NCBI GenBank assembly: GCA_964502815.1
Contig: CAZCXV010000005.1
Location: 2,706 to 66,705 of the forward strand
Origin: an uncultured Gammaproteobacteria bacterium
Lineage (GTDB): Bacteria; Patescibacteriota; Microgenomatia; UBA8517
Length of the DNA: 64,000 nt
Direction: 5' to 3'
Below are positions 9,864 through 19,133 of the stretch, in pieces. A program made the position numbers and the translations under genes. Each line of letters begins with the position of its first letter. The first letter of the stretch is position 1. Below the pieces are notes generated by a model, which was given only the letters and a program-made list of their open reading frames with translations, did no database searches and had not been told where the DNA came from.

Positions 9864-10970
9864 ATGGAAGAAGTTTACCAAGACCTGAATAAATTTATTG
9901 CAAACTTAAGGCTTTTTAGCTTTGAGCTGGCAAAATTCCTCCTGCATACTTTCCACCTGCAATTTCTGAAGTTTGAAAATCACAAGGGAAACTTTGTAAA
10001 TGCTCTTTATAAACAAAGAGGAAGATTATCAAGAAAATTAATACATTCTGGCATGGCCTCAATTACAGCCTTGGGAATTATGATTGCCCCGGTGATTGCC
10101 CAAGAGCTTCCCGGCCGCACTGTTGACCCTTGGAATATAGCTCCCAAAACTCAGGTTTTATCCGCCAGTATTGAGGATCAATCAACAGCCACTATAGTTT
10201 CTGATAAACCCAGATCCCAAGTTGAGGAATATCTTGTTCAAGAAGGGGATACTGTAGGAACTATCGCCGATAAGTTTGGTATTTCCCAGGACACTATCCG
10301 TTGGGAGAATAACCTGGTTAAAGATAAAATAAAGCCTGGGGAAAAACTAAAAATTCTGCCTGTAGCTGGGATTTCCCATAAGGTGAGAAAAGGGGATACT
10401 GTTTATTCAATTGCTAAAGAGTACGACACTTCAGAACAAGGAATAGTTGACTTTCCATATAATTCTTTCTCAAATGATGAAACTTTTGAATTGGCAGTGG
10501 GACAAATTATTGTTGTTCCAGATGGGGTAAAAAAGCCAGAAGTTACGATTCCTGGTTCTGGCGCGGTCAGACCAAGACAAACAACTCCAGACGCCGGAAC
10601 AGTTGTTGCTTCGGGCCAATTTGTCTGGCCAACCCAAGGAACTATTTCCCAAAGATTTGCTTGGTATCATCCTGGAGTCGATATTGCCAATAAAAGCTTA
10701 CCGCCAATACTTGCTGCTGACTCTGGAAAAGTAATTGCCTCTGGCTGGGATCCGTCTGGCTATGGAAATAAAGTAATGATTGATCATGGTAATGGCTATA
10801 TAACTCTCTATGGCCACATGTCTAAATTATATGTCACAATAGGACAAACTGTAACAAGAGGCAATCAAATAGGTCAAATGGGCTCAACTGGAAGATCAAC
10901 CGGGCCTCACCTACATTTTGAAATCTACAAAGGGGGAACAAGGCTAAGTCCATTCCTGTATTTGAAGTAA
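9864..10970 (+). CDS. LysM-domain M23 family metallopeptidase (cell-wall hydrolase)
   Basis: Two LysM motifs (GDTVGTIADKFGIS, GDTVYSIAKEYD); M23 motifs HPGVD...GHMSK...GPHLHFE. The true start is probably the internal ATG at 10053 (MASITALGIMIAPVIA, a TM helix). Confidence 0.8.
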   Translation: MEEVYQDLNKFIANLRLFSFELAKFLLHTFHLQFLKFENHKGNFVNALYKQRGRLSRKLIHSGMASITALGIMIAPVIAQELPGRTVDPWNIAPKTQVLSASIEDQSTATIVSDKPRSQVEEYLVQEGDTVGTIADKFGISQDTIRWENNLVKDKIKPGEKLKILPVAGISHKVRKGDTVYSIAKEYDTSEQGIVDFPYNSFSNDETFELAVGQIIVVPDGVKKPEVTIPGSGAVRPRQTTPDAGTVVASGQFVWPTQGTISQRFAWYHPGVDIANKSLPPILAADSGKVIASGWDPSGYGNKVMIDHGNGYITLYGHMSKLYVTIGQTVTRGNQIGQMGSTGRSTGPHLHFEIYKGGTRLSPFLYLK

Positions 10971-11003
10971 AGTTGCGTGTTTCTAGCCACAAACTAAGAA
11001 AAA

Positions 11004-11037
11004 TTTCCTTGACAGAAGGAAACTTTTAAGGTATTCT
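11004..11037 (+). promoter_or_regulatory. Hairpin terminator overlapping a TTGACA-17-TATTCT promoter
   Basis: Stem TTTCCTT/AAGGAAA (11004-11022) followed by CTTTT; TTGACA 11009-11014 and TATTCT 11032-11037, 6 nt before ATG 11044. Confidence 0.35.
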
Positions 11038-11043
11038 TTCCTT

Positions 11044-12339
11044 ATGACAAGGAAAGAAATCTTGAAAAGTATTATTTTAGAGAGCCAAAATAGGCAAATG
11101 CCTCAGATTTGGCCCAGAAATTTGGTTTTGCCAATTGACTCCGGTAAGATAGTTACCTTGATGGGGGTGAGAAGAAGTGGTAAGACCTACCTTTTGTTCG
11201 ATTTAATAGATAAACTCATCAAAAAAGGCATACCTTCAAAGAGAATCTTTTATTTGAATTTTGAGGATGAACGTTTGAAACTTAACTCTCGCGAGCTTGA
11301 CTTAATAATACAGTCTTATAGAGAAATATATCCAGATAACGATTTATCAGAATGCTACTTTTTTTTCGACGAAATTCAAGAAGTTAAAGGTTGGGAAAAA
11401 TTTATTATCAGACTATATAACACTATAAGTAAGCAGATCTTTTTAACTGGGTCAAATGCCTCCTTTTTATCAAAAGAAATAGCTACAGCGCTAAGAGGTA
11501 GGACTGTTACTTTTGAAGTTTATCCATTGTCATTTAAGGAATATTTAAACGTTCTTTCTCCTGGTCTTAACCCACTCCATTCTAGTGACAGAGCTAAGGT
11601 TGTCAGTTTTTTTGATAGATTTCTACATCTAGGGGGGTTTCCTGAGATGGTAGACAGAAAAGACAATTTGCATGAAAAAATACTTCAGGAATATTTCAAT
11701 GTTATGGTTTTTAGAGATCTTATAGAAAGATACAATATATCCCAGGCTTCAATACTTAAATATTTCTGTAAAAGAGTAGTGGCCAATAGTGCTTGTGAAT
11801 TCAGTTCTAATAAAATATACAATGAGATTAAGTCTCAAGGTTATAAAGTTGGTAAAGACGCTATCTACAACTACCAAAACAACGTTGAATCTATTTATCT
11901 TGCTAGATTTATTCCGAAATACTCGTATTCAATCGTTAAAAGTGAATTATCTCAAAAGAAGAGCTATGTAATTGATCAAGGTCTGGGAGTAGCTCTAGAC
12001 TTTAAGTTAAATCAAGACAAAGGAAGGTTATTGGAAACAGTTGTCTGCTTGGAACTATTAAAGCAGGGCAGTTCAATCAGCTATATCCAAAACGGAACAG
12101 AATGTGATTTTCTAGTTGTTGAAAAAGATAAAGTTACAAAGGCAATTCAAGTTGCCTTTGATGTTTCAGATGAAAAAACAAAAGGCAGAGAATTAAAAGG
12201 GTTAATTGAAACTTGTAAGAAGTTTGAGTTGAAAGAAGGATACATTCTTACTTTAGATGAAGAAGAAGAATTAATAACCAAAAATCTAAATATCCATATT
12301 GTTCCAGTCTGGAAATATTTTACTTTCGACACCCTATAA
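11044..12339 (+). CDS. AAA+ ATPase, AAA_14/DUF4143 family (paralogue of 8554..9690)
   Basis: Walker A GVRRSGKT; same architecture as the minus-strand paralogue. Confidence 0.65.
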   Translation: MTRKEILKSIILESQNRQMPQIWPRNLVLPIDSGKIVTLMGVRRSGKTYLLFDLIDKLIKKGIPSKRIFYLNFEDERLKLNSRELDLIIQSYREIYPDNDLSECYFFFDEIQEVKGWEKFIIRLYNTISKQIFLTGSNASFLSKEIATALRGRTVTFEVYPLSFKEYLNVLSPGLNPLHSSDRAKVVSFFDRFLHLGGFPEMVDRKDNLHEKILQEYFNVMVFRDLIERYNISQASILKYFCKRVVANSACEFSSNKIYNEIKSQGYKVGKDAIYNYQNNVESIYLARFIPKYSYSIVKSELSQKKSYVIDQGLGVALDFKLNQDKGRLLETVVCLELLKQGSSISYIQNGTECDFLVVEKDKVTKAIQVAFDVSDEKTKGRELKGLIETCKKFELKEGYILTLDEEEELITKNLNIHIVPVWKYFTFDTL

Positions 12340-12447
12340 AGTTTATATTCCTATTTCTCCTATAATATACGGTTGGACGTTTTAACGCTTTTTGAGTGAC
12401 AAAACTATGCATGATTTAAAGCTAAATCTATGCACTATTATTATAGG

Positions 12448-15400
12448 TTACCAGATGGCAATCCAATCAATAACTGTATCCTCCAGAGGAGCAGTTGCTA
12501 CATTTATAGTAAAGCCTGTTTCATCTCTATTTGTTAGCCAAACATTGGTGTTATAAGAAGGAGTAATGCTAACAGAAACGGGCTTTGTCTCCCAAGTTTT
12601 ATTTATGCGTACTGAAGTCTGGCCGGCAGGAAGTATTTCACTTCCTCTAAAGGTTGGATTACCAATAATTTGACCCTTTTGGATATTTAAGTTTCCTTTA
12701 GTATCTACTTTGAGTAAGTTACCCATTATTTCCACATCCCCCAGTGCCAATGGTTGGATTTTTAAGGTGCCAATAGCGTCTATAGAGGAGTCTAAGGAAG
12801 AGATTTGAATAGCGCCAACATTTAATTTACCTGTAACTACGACGTCATTTAAAGTGGTAAGACCTGTAAGGCTTGCGCTAGCAGACGCTGATTGAATTTC
12901 TCCAGATTGGGTTGCAGTTCCAAGAATTTGTTGTTGACTTTCTAAAAGCGCAATCTTTGTCTCCAACTCTGATATTTTTGTCGAAAGTTCTATGTCTTTG
13001 TCTTTGAGGTTGGTAATATCTTTCATTAAATCTGTGTTGTCTTGTGTATCTAAATTATTGATTTTGTTATTTAGTTCTAGAATGTAAAGGGAATTTGTCT
13101 CTGCCGTTTCCCAGAGTTGAGAAGCAAGGGAGCCAAGGGAGAATTTGCCATTTTTCCTCCATTCATCGCGCCCTGCAATTGTTGGCAAGTGTCTGTTTTG
13201 ATTAACATATACTCCCATTTCATCTAAGGTCATCATAGAGTAATCTCCGTGTAGATCTATATCTTCTTGTCTCACATTTCCATCAAAGTATTTGTCGAAA
13301 ACATAGTCGGTCAAGAGGACATTATCATCATATACAGCAACTGCATTTAAGGTTCCTATTCCTTTTGCTCCTCCTGTTGGGGCACCAACTACTACAGAAC
13401 CATCCCCATAAGTAGTCAGGGTTGCAGCATCATCATTATTTGCTATTTGAAACACCGTCTCTGCAGCTGCCAGATCGACAATACCGGTGCCACTTCCTTT
13501 GGCACCCACGAGTTTAATTGCAGGGACGGTGTCGTCGGGAGTATTGCCCAGGATGCCTCGAAGGGAGAGTGCTTGAGCGGTATTGACGTTATCTGCCAGG
13601 GCGGTGAGTTGAACTCCACCATCTGTGGATGAGATGGCACCAACGTGTAAGAAGGCATCGGTATTGGCAAGCGTTGTGACTCCATGAGCCACATCGCCAT
13701 CGGTCATGCTGAAGGTGGAGTCAGAGCCAGAAGCGCGGAAAAGTTCGAGCGTGGTGTCGGGGGTGCCGTCAGCACCACCGATGACGGTGTTGCCGTCTTC
13801 AGAGTTGATGATGGTGGTATTGGTGCCCACATCAGAAATATCTGTCGTATTGCTTTCTAATTGATTGAAAGAAATCACGTTATCAGCTTCTGTACTTGCC
13901 GCTATGTTTATACCTATGTCTCCCGCGCCGGAAAATCCGGAAATGCTGTTGCCATTTATAATGTTGCTGTCAGAATTGGTAACAACGTTTATACCCTTGC
14001 CACCGGTCCCATCATCCACAATTGTGTTGCCGGTGACGGAATTGTAAGAAGCGGTCCACAGAGCGATAGCTCCCTGCGCTGAACCGGGATTAGTAATCGT
14101 ATTACCCGTAATGCTATTGTAGTTTCCCTGGGAAAAGACGAATGAATTTATACCACCCTCGTAGGTATTGTTGGCAACGACTATTGAATTTGCGGTGGCA
14201 ATAATACCGTACTGCCCATAGGTGTTTTGCTCAAAATGGTTATTTTCAACACTGTTATAGTGTGAAGAACTCGCAAAAGCAATCCCGGCATAATCTTGAT
14301 TGAGGAATGTACTGCCGGTGATTGTGTTGTATTGGGATGATGTAGTAAGCTGAATACCGTATTCATCTCCGCCGGTAAAATAGAGATTCCGAAATACAGA
14401 CTGTATTGCCCCTGCTCCGATCATTATCTGATAACTATTTCCTCCCCCATTTTGCGCCGTAGCATCAACTTGAAAATCAGAAAACGTGAGGTAATCTTTT
14501 CCATTCAGGTTAATGATGTGTCCCGGCGTCCCCCATGATGCCCAGGCGGAAGCGACGATCTTGCTTCCCTTCCCCGCGCCTCGGATCGTCGTATTGTTTG
14601 CATCAATCGTGATGGATTCTGTACACGTATAGGTCCCCTCAGGCAGGTAAACTTCTCCTCCATTTGCCCCTAACGCATCGATGGCGGCATTGATACCTGT
14701 ACACGTCTGGGCATAGACAGTGCCGTCAACAGTAATCACTTTGTTTAATTCTGGTGCATACACCGTGCCATCACCCAAAATATACAAAGCATTTGAGTTG
14801 TCGTTATTTGCAACTGCAAACACTGTATCAGCTGCTTCCAGATCTATCACTCCGGTTCCTGAAGCCAAAGCACCAACAAGCTTGATGGCAGGAGTAGTGT
14901 CGGTGGGAGTAGTCTGGACTGCCTTGATTTCAAGTGCTTGCCCATCAGCATCGGCAAAAGCAGTGAGTCTAGCACCGCCAACAGTAGAGGAGATGGGAGC
15001 AAGATGGAAGAAAGCATCAGTATTGGCAAGTGTGGTCACCCCGTGGGCGACATCATCATCGGTCATGGCAAAGGTAGGGTCAGACGAGGCAGCGGTATTG
15101 AGTTCGAGGAGATAGTCTGGGGTAATGTCACCACCAATGCTTGTATTGCCAGAGAAGTAGTTGTAGGTACTAGCATCGGATGCGTAAAACGAATACGGAG
15201 TGTTGGTTTGGGTGCCAGCTGTAAGATCGCCGATATAGACTCCGTAGGTGTTAGTAAACGTTCCAGAATTGGCTTCTACATCTGTATAGAACCCATAGAC
15301 AGTAGCTGCTGTTGCGGAAGACCGCCAATCTATTCCTGATGCTACTCCACTGAGTGTCGAAAGCGATCCTGTTGTTGCGGCAGATAGAGCTCCGGATTCG

Positions 15401-18279
15401 ACATATACACCCTTTATAGCACTAATGGAGCCTGTATTGTTAACATTGGATGACTTTACATACAATCCTATATTGTTGCTCGAATAATTTGTGCCACCCC
15501 CTGAAAGCGTCATGTCTACTTCTGCGCCGGCAACAACACTACCAAGGTTTGCTGTAGGAGTGAAGGTTAAGGATGTATAAGAAGCAATACGGCCTGTGGC
15601 ATTGGAAGCACTATTCACTACGTGGAGGCCGTATGAAGGTGCTGTACCGCTTCCTAAGAAATATCCACTGTTGGTATAGATATCGCCATCAACAATTACA
15701 TCTGCGCCGGCTGGGTCTAAGGTTAAATCACCAGAGGCAGATAAAGTATTGCCTGAGAGATTTAAAGTGCCGGCAATGTCATGCGTACCTGCGCCGTTAA
15801 TGTCCAGGACTCCTGCTGCGGTCAGGTTGCCTGCATTGGAGAGGTTGAAGACGTCGGTGCCGTCGGATTGTTCGAAGACGGCCAGATCAGTGGTCTGGGT
15901 GGCATTGCCTTGGATAATGAACTGGATTTGGTCAGTGTCTCCATCAATACTGAGTTTGGCGCTTGAGAGAGGGGAGGATCCTCCTAAGATAACTTCATTG
16001 GTAGTGGTGGTGAGGTAGGTATTGGTGGTGGATGTAGTCCAGGGAGCACCGGCTCCTCCAGTAACATCAATCCAGGCCAAAGTACCTGTAGCATTACTGG
16101 ACAAGACTTGATTAGCTGAAGAAGCATCAGCAAGAGGAAGAACGTAAATGACATTTCCTGCCAATGAGTCAGGAGCTTTAAATCCAGTATAGTGGTCGCC
16201 ATTGGCTTCCAGTTCTTCAAAATCAATTTCACCTGTTGTGCCAGCGGTGGTGTTGTAGGGGTTTAGATGTAATCCAGAGGCTGAGATATCCATCCAAAGA
16301 GGTGAGTCGGAAGTGGTGCTACCAAGAGAAAAGTCATCGGTAGTGGAGGTGAGGTAAGTGATGTCACCTCCATCAGTCCATTGAGAACCAGCCCCTGCCG
16401 AGACATTAATCCAAGAGAGGACCCCGGCTCCACTACTGGCAAGGACTTGGTTACTGACGGTGGCATCAGCTGAAGGGAGTGTGTAGACAATGTTGGCAAT
16501 AAGAGAGTCAGGGGCTTTCAGGCCGGTGTAGTGGTCACCATTGGCTTCCAACTCCTCAAATCTTGCCTCACCAGTATTGCCAGCACTGGCGCCATGAGGA
16601 TTGAGGGAAAGGGCAGAAGCAGAGGTATCAAAGAAGAGAGGTGAGTCAGAAGTGGTGCCACCAACAGATAGATCATCCGCAGTTGCAGTTAAGTATGTAA
16701 TTGTTCCTCCATCAGTCCAAAGAGAACCTCCAGCAGCTGCAACATCAACCCAGGCAGATCCATTATACATCATCAACTTGTTGTCGTCAGAGTCCCAGGC
16801 GACGTAGCCTTCTCCTGTTGAAGGAGCTGTAAAAGAGGTGGCCTGTGGAAGTTTAATGCCTTCGGCCGATGTAGTGTTGTGAGTGATAGTAGAAAGGTCA
16901 AGGAGTAAGTCACTACCGGCAACAATATTGCCACTGCTGTTAAAGGTAACGAAAGCAGTTCCATTGTCTTGAATAACAAAGTCTCCACTACTAGATAAGT
17001 TGAAGGTAGTGTTACTGGAGCCTGAGTTAGTTAGAGTTAAAAGACCAGTATTCCCAACGGCAAAGATATCGGTGCCGTCGGATTGTTCAAGAACTAAAAG
17101 ACTTTCTGTTTGCGTACTGTTGCCTTGGATCTGAAGCTGGATGATGTCCGATGAGCCATCAATCATTAGTTGGGAAGTTCCAGCAGTTACAGAACCCAAG
17201 GTCATTTTGGATGAAGAAAGGATGTCACTTCCGCCAACGACTAAAGTTAAGTCTCCAGTAGTCGTGAAGGTAGTTGTGGCTCCATCAAAGGCAATGTCAG
17301 TATCGGCAATCAAAACTTCAGAATTGATATCCAGAGTTCCAGCAATAGTTAGAGTATTACCACTTTCATAAGTGTCTGTTGCATTAGAACGTAGGAAAGC
17401 TGTGGAATCTAGTCCGTCAATTTTATCGACGTCCAAACTTGAATCTAGATCAGTAAGGGCTTTCCATGAAGGAGCTAGAGCACCATTGCTGACAAAAATT
17501 TGATTGGCTGTGCCAACAGCAGACACTTGCATTCCAGTGGCTGTAGAGTAGGCAATTCCTCCTTCAGCCAGAGTTAACCCGTCTAAGTAATTAAGTTCAG
17601 AGGCAGTGCTGGTAAGAGAGGTACCGTTAATTACTAGGGAATTAATAGTTGCAGATCCAGTTGCAGTCAAATCCCCAGTAGTTAATTCATTAACAGTTAA
17701 GCCATTCAAAAAACTGACGGCTGCCCTAAATACACTTTCTACATTTACTCCAAATGTCGGGTTTTCCAGAGCTTCTGCAGCCAAGACTTGGGATTTTCTG
17801 CCTTTATTCGCCATAATCTCACTTATGTTACTACTATTAGTAAACATCTGAGACAAAATTGGAATATCGAAGGTATTTGATATAGTTTGTAGGTTTTTGA
17901 TAGCTATTGGAAAAAATGTTTTTGTCAACATTAATCCCGCCAGAAGCCAGATAAAAAACATGATTCCAGCTTTTACTATTGTCTTTCTTTCTTTTGATAG
18001 ATCGTCGTACAGGTTTGGATAATTAGTGATTTGAACTAGCTCTACTTCTCGAGCTTTAATCTCTGGTGTAATAACTGTCTTCTCACTTTGTTTTGGCCGG
18101 TGTTTTTGAACTAAACTTTCAAGGATATGAAGATCATACCTCCTATGACCACCTTTAGTTCTCTTAGAAGGAAGGATGCCCTTTTTTTCCCACCTCCTGA
18201 GAGTGTCTTTTGAAACACACAAGACTTTGCTTGCTTCCTCAATTGTCAGATATCTTTTGTCTTTTTTGGGCAGATCCAT
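12448..18279 (-). CDS. Giant (1943 aa) membrane protein: cytoplasmic excisionase/MerR-type HTH, one TM helix, extracellular parallel beta-helix / fibre region
   Basis: N-terminus YLTIEEASKVLCVSKDTLRRWEKKGILPSKRTKGGHRRYD matches the HTH_17 excisionase family. TM IMFFIWLLAGLMLTKTFFPIAI. PbH1-like repeats (NNHFEQNTYGQYGIIATANSIVVANNTYEGG...). C-terminal coiled coil and beta-rich domain. Confidence 0.75.
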   Translation of the reverse strand: MDLPKKDKRYLTIEEASKVLCVSKDTLRRWEKKGILPSKRTKGGHRRYDLHILESLVQKHRPKQSEKTVITPEIKAREVELVQITNYPNLYDDLSKERKTIVKAGIMFFIWLLAGLMLTKTFFPIAIKNLQTISNTFDIPILSQMFTNSSNISEIMANKGRKSQVLAAEALENPTFGVNVESVFRAAVSFLNGLTVNELTTGDLTATGSATINSLVINGTSLTSTASELNYLDGLTLAEGGIAYSTATGMQVSAVGTANQIFVSNGALAPSWKALTDLDSSLDVDKIDGLDSTAFLRSNATDTYESGNTLTIAGTLDINSEVLIADTDIAFDGATTTFTTTGDLTLVVGGSDILSSSKMTLGSVTAGTSQLMIDGSSDIIQLQIQGNSTQTESLLVLEQSDGTDIFAVGNTGLLTLTNSGSSNTTFNLSSSGDFVIQDNGTAFVTFNSSGNIVAGSDLLLDLSTITHNTTSAEGIKLPQATSFTAPSTGEGYVAWDSDDNKLMMYNGSAWVDVAAAGGSLWTDGGTITYLTATADDLSVGGTTSDSPLFFDTSASALSLNPHGASAGNTGEARFEELEANGDHYTGLKAPDSLIANIVYTLPSADATVSNQVLASSGAGVLSWINVSAGAGSQWTDGGDITYLTSTTDDFSLGSTTSDSPLWMDISASGLHLNPYNTTAGTTGEIDFEELEANGDHYTGFKAPDSLAGNVIYVLPLADASSANQVLSSNATGTLAWIDVTGGAGAPWTTSTTNTYLTTTTNEVILGGSSPLSSAKLSIDGDTDQIQFIIQGNATQTTDLAVFEQSDGTDVFNLSNAGNLTAAGVLDINGAGTHDIAGTLNLSGNTLSASGDLTLDPAGADVIVDGDIYTNSGYFLGSGTAPSYGLHVVNSASNATGRIASYTSLTFTPTANLGSVVAGAEVDMTLSGGGTNYSSNNIGLYVKSSNVNNTGSISAIKGVYVESGALSAATTGSLSTLSGVASGIDWRSSATAATVYGFYTDVEANSGTFTNTYGVYIGDLTAGTQTNTPYSFYASDASTYNYFSGNTSIGGDITPDYLLELNTAASSDPTFAMTDDDVAHGVTTLANTDAFFHLAPISSTVGGARLTAFADADGQALEIKAVQTTPTDTTPAIKLVGALASGTGVIDLEAADTVFAVANNDNSNALYILGDGTVYAPELNKVITVDGTVYAQTCTGINAAIDALGANGGEVYLPEGTYTCTESITIDANNTTIRGAGKGSKIVASAWASWGTPGHIINLNGKDYLTFSDFQVDATAQNGGGNSYQIMIGAGAIQSVFRNLYFTGGDEYGIQLTTSSQYNTITGSTFLNQDYAGIAFASSSHYNSVENNHFEQNTYGQYGIIATANSIVVANNTYEGGINSFVFSQGNYNSITGNTITNPGSAQGAIALWTASYNSVTGNTIVDDGTGGKGINVVTNSDSNIINGNSISGFSGAGDIGINIAASTEADNVISFNQLESNTTDISDVGTNTTIINSEDGNTVIGGADGTPDTTLELFRASGSDSTFSMTDGDVAHGVTTLANTDAFLHVGAISSTDGGVQLTALADNVNTAQALSLRGILGNTPDDTVPAIKLVGAKGSGTGIVDLAAAETVFQIANNDDAATLTTYGDGSVVVGAPTGGAKGIGTLNAVAVYDDNVLLTDYVFDKYFDGNVRQEDIDLHGDYSMMTLDEMGVYVNQNRHLPTIAGRDEWRKNGKFSLGSLASQLWETAETNSLYILELNNKINNLDTQDNTDLMKDITNLKDKDIELSTKISELETKIALLESQQQILGTATQSGEIQSASASASLTGLTTLNDVVVTGKLNVGAIQISSLDSSIDAIGTLKIQPLALGDVEIMGNLLKVDTKGNLNIQKGQIIGNPTFRGSEILPAGQTSVRINKTWETKPVSVSITPSYNTNVWLTNRDETGFTINVATAPLEDTVIDWIAIW
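16045..16725 (-). repeat. Two tandem ~113-aa (339-nt) repeats inside the giant gene
   Basis: Repeated units WTDGG(T/D)ITYLT...SDSPL...EELEANGDHYTG(L/F)KAPDSL...VLP.ADA...NQVL. A second duplicated ~110-aa module (TDxDVAHGVTTLANTDAF...AIKLVGA..GTG) flanks the beta-helix core at ~14745-15132 and ~13420-13765. Confidence 0.7.
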
Positions 18280-18383
18280 AATTTGTATTTAAATTTATGT
18301 TTTTTTGAAGCTAAATTTAGGTATTCAACTTTAGCCTCAAATCATTAAGACATATAAATACTATAGTGTCAAGAGTGGTTTAG

Positions 18384-18401
18384 CCGCAAATGCGGTTTTT
18401 A
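18384..18401 (+). terminator. Small GC hairpin plus T5, terminator-like, in the 850-bp AT-rich intergenic region
   Basis: GCCGC-AAAT-GCGG followed by TTTTT; plus-strand orientation only. Confidence 0.25.
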
Positions 18402-19133
18402 CTGCGGGGAAACGGAAAAAATGAAGCGTTACAATTAGTAAATAAGTACTCTCTATCCAATAAAGTCAAACTACTGACCGATTACTAGCTTACTATATCA
18501 GTGGACCGTACCAGAATTGGACTGGTGTCTGCGCAATGCGAATGCGCTGTACTGCCACTATACTAACGGCCCTGATATTCTATTCTACACCATAGTTGGT
18601 AAATAGTATTTTGATATAGTTCAAGGCTAATAATTATAAGATATATATGGGTATGTTTGGAATTACTTGATTAACGCTTTATTTCACGATTAAGCATAAT
18701 TTTTCTTCCGCAATATCTTCTCTTTACTCAAATAATATCAAATATATCACTTACATATCCTATAAGAGAAGTAGTTCAGCGTTTTTCGTAAGAATCTGCG
18801 GAGAATTATTGAGGCTAAGCGGTTAATTCTTTCACACATTATGACCAATCCTAAGGGATAGGTTAATTAACGCGATTTTTACCGACATATTTTAGAGTTA
18901 GCCTTGAGTTTTCGTTAATCTTTTTTTTGTTAGTGATCCATTTTCACCGATTATTTTCAATACTAGAGGATATTTTTTACCATTGTTGGTGTGGTGATAT
19001 ATGAGCTTGTTGTCACTGAGTGTGTTAGAGTGCTAGGAAAGGAAAGGACCATTTTTTACCATGGTTTTGGGATTTGGTTTGAAGAAAGTAGTAGAACTTT
19101 CGATTTACTTGAAAATCTAGTAAGATATGACAA

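Noticed and set aside
18950-19133. Possible T-box leader upstream of leuS
   Set aside because: The conserved T-box sequence (AATTAGGGTGGNACCGCG) and a clear specifier/antiterminator arrangement were not found. Only a generic hairpin plus T-tract is present.
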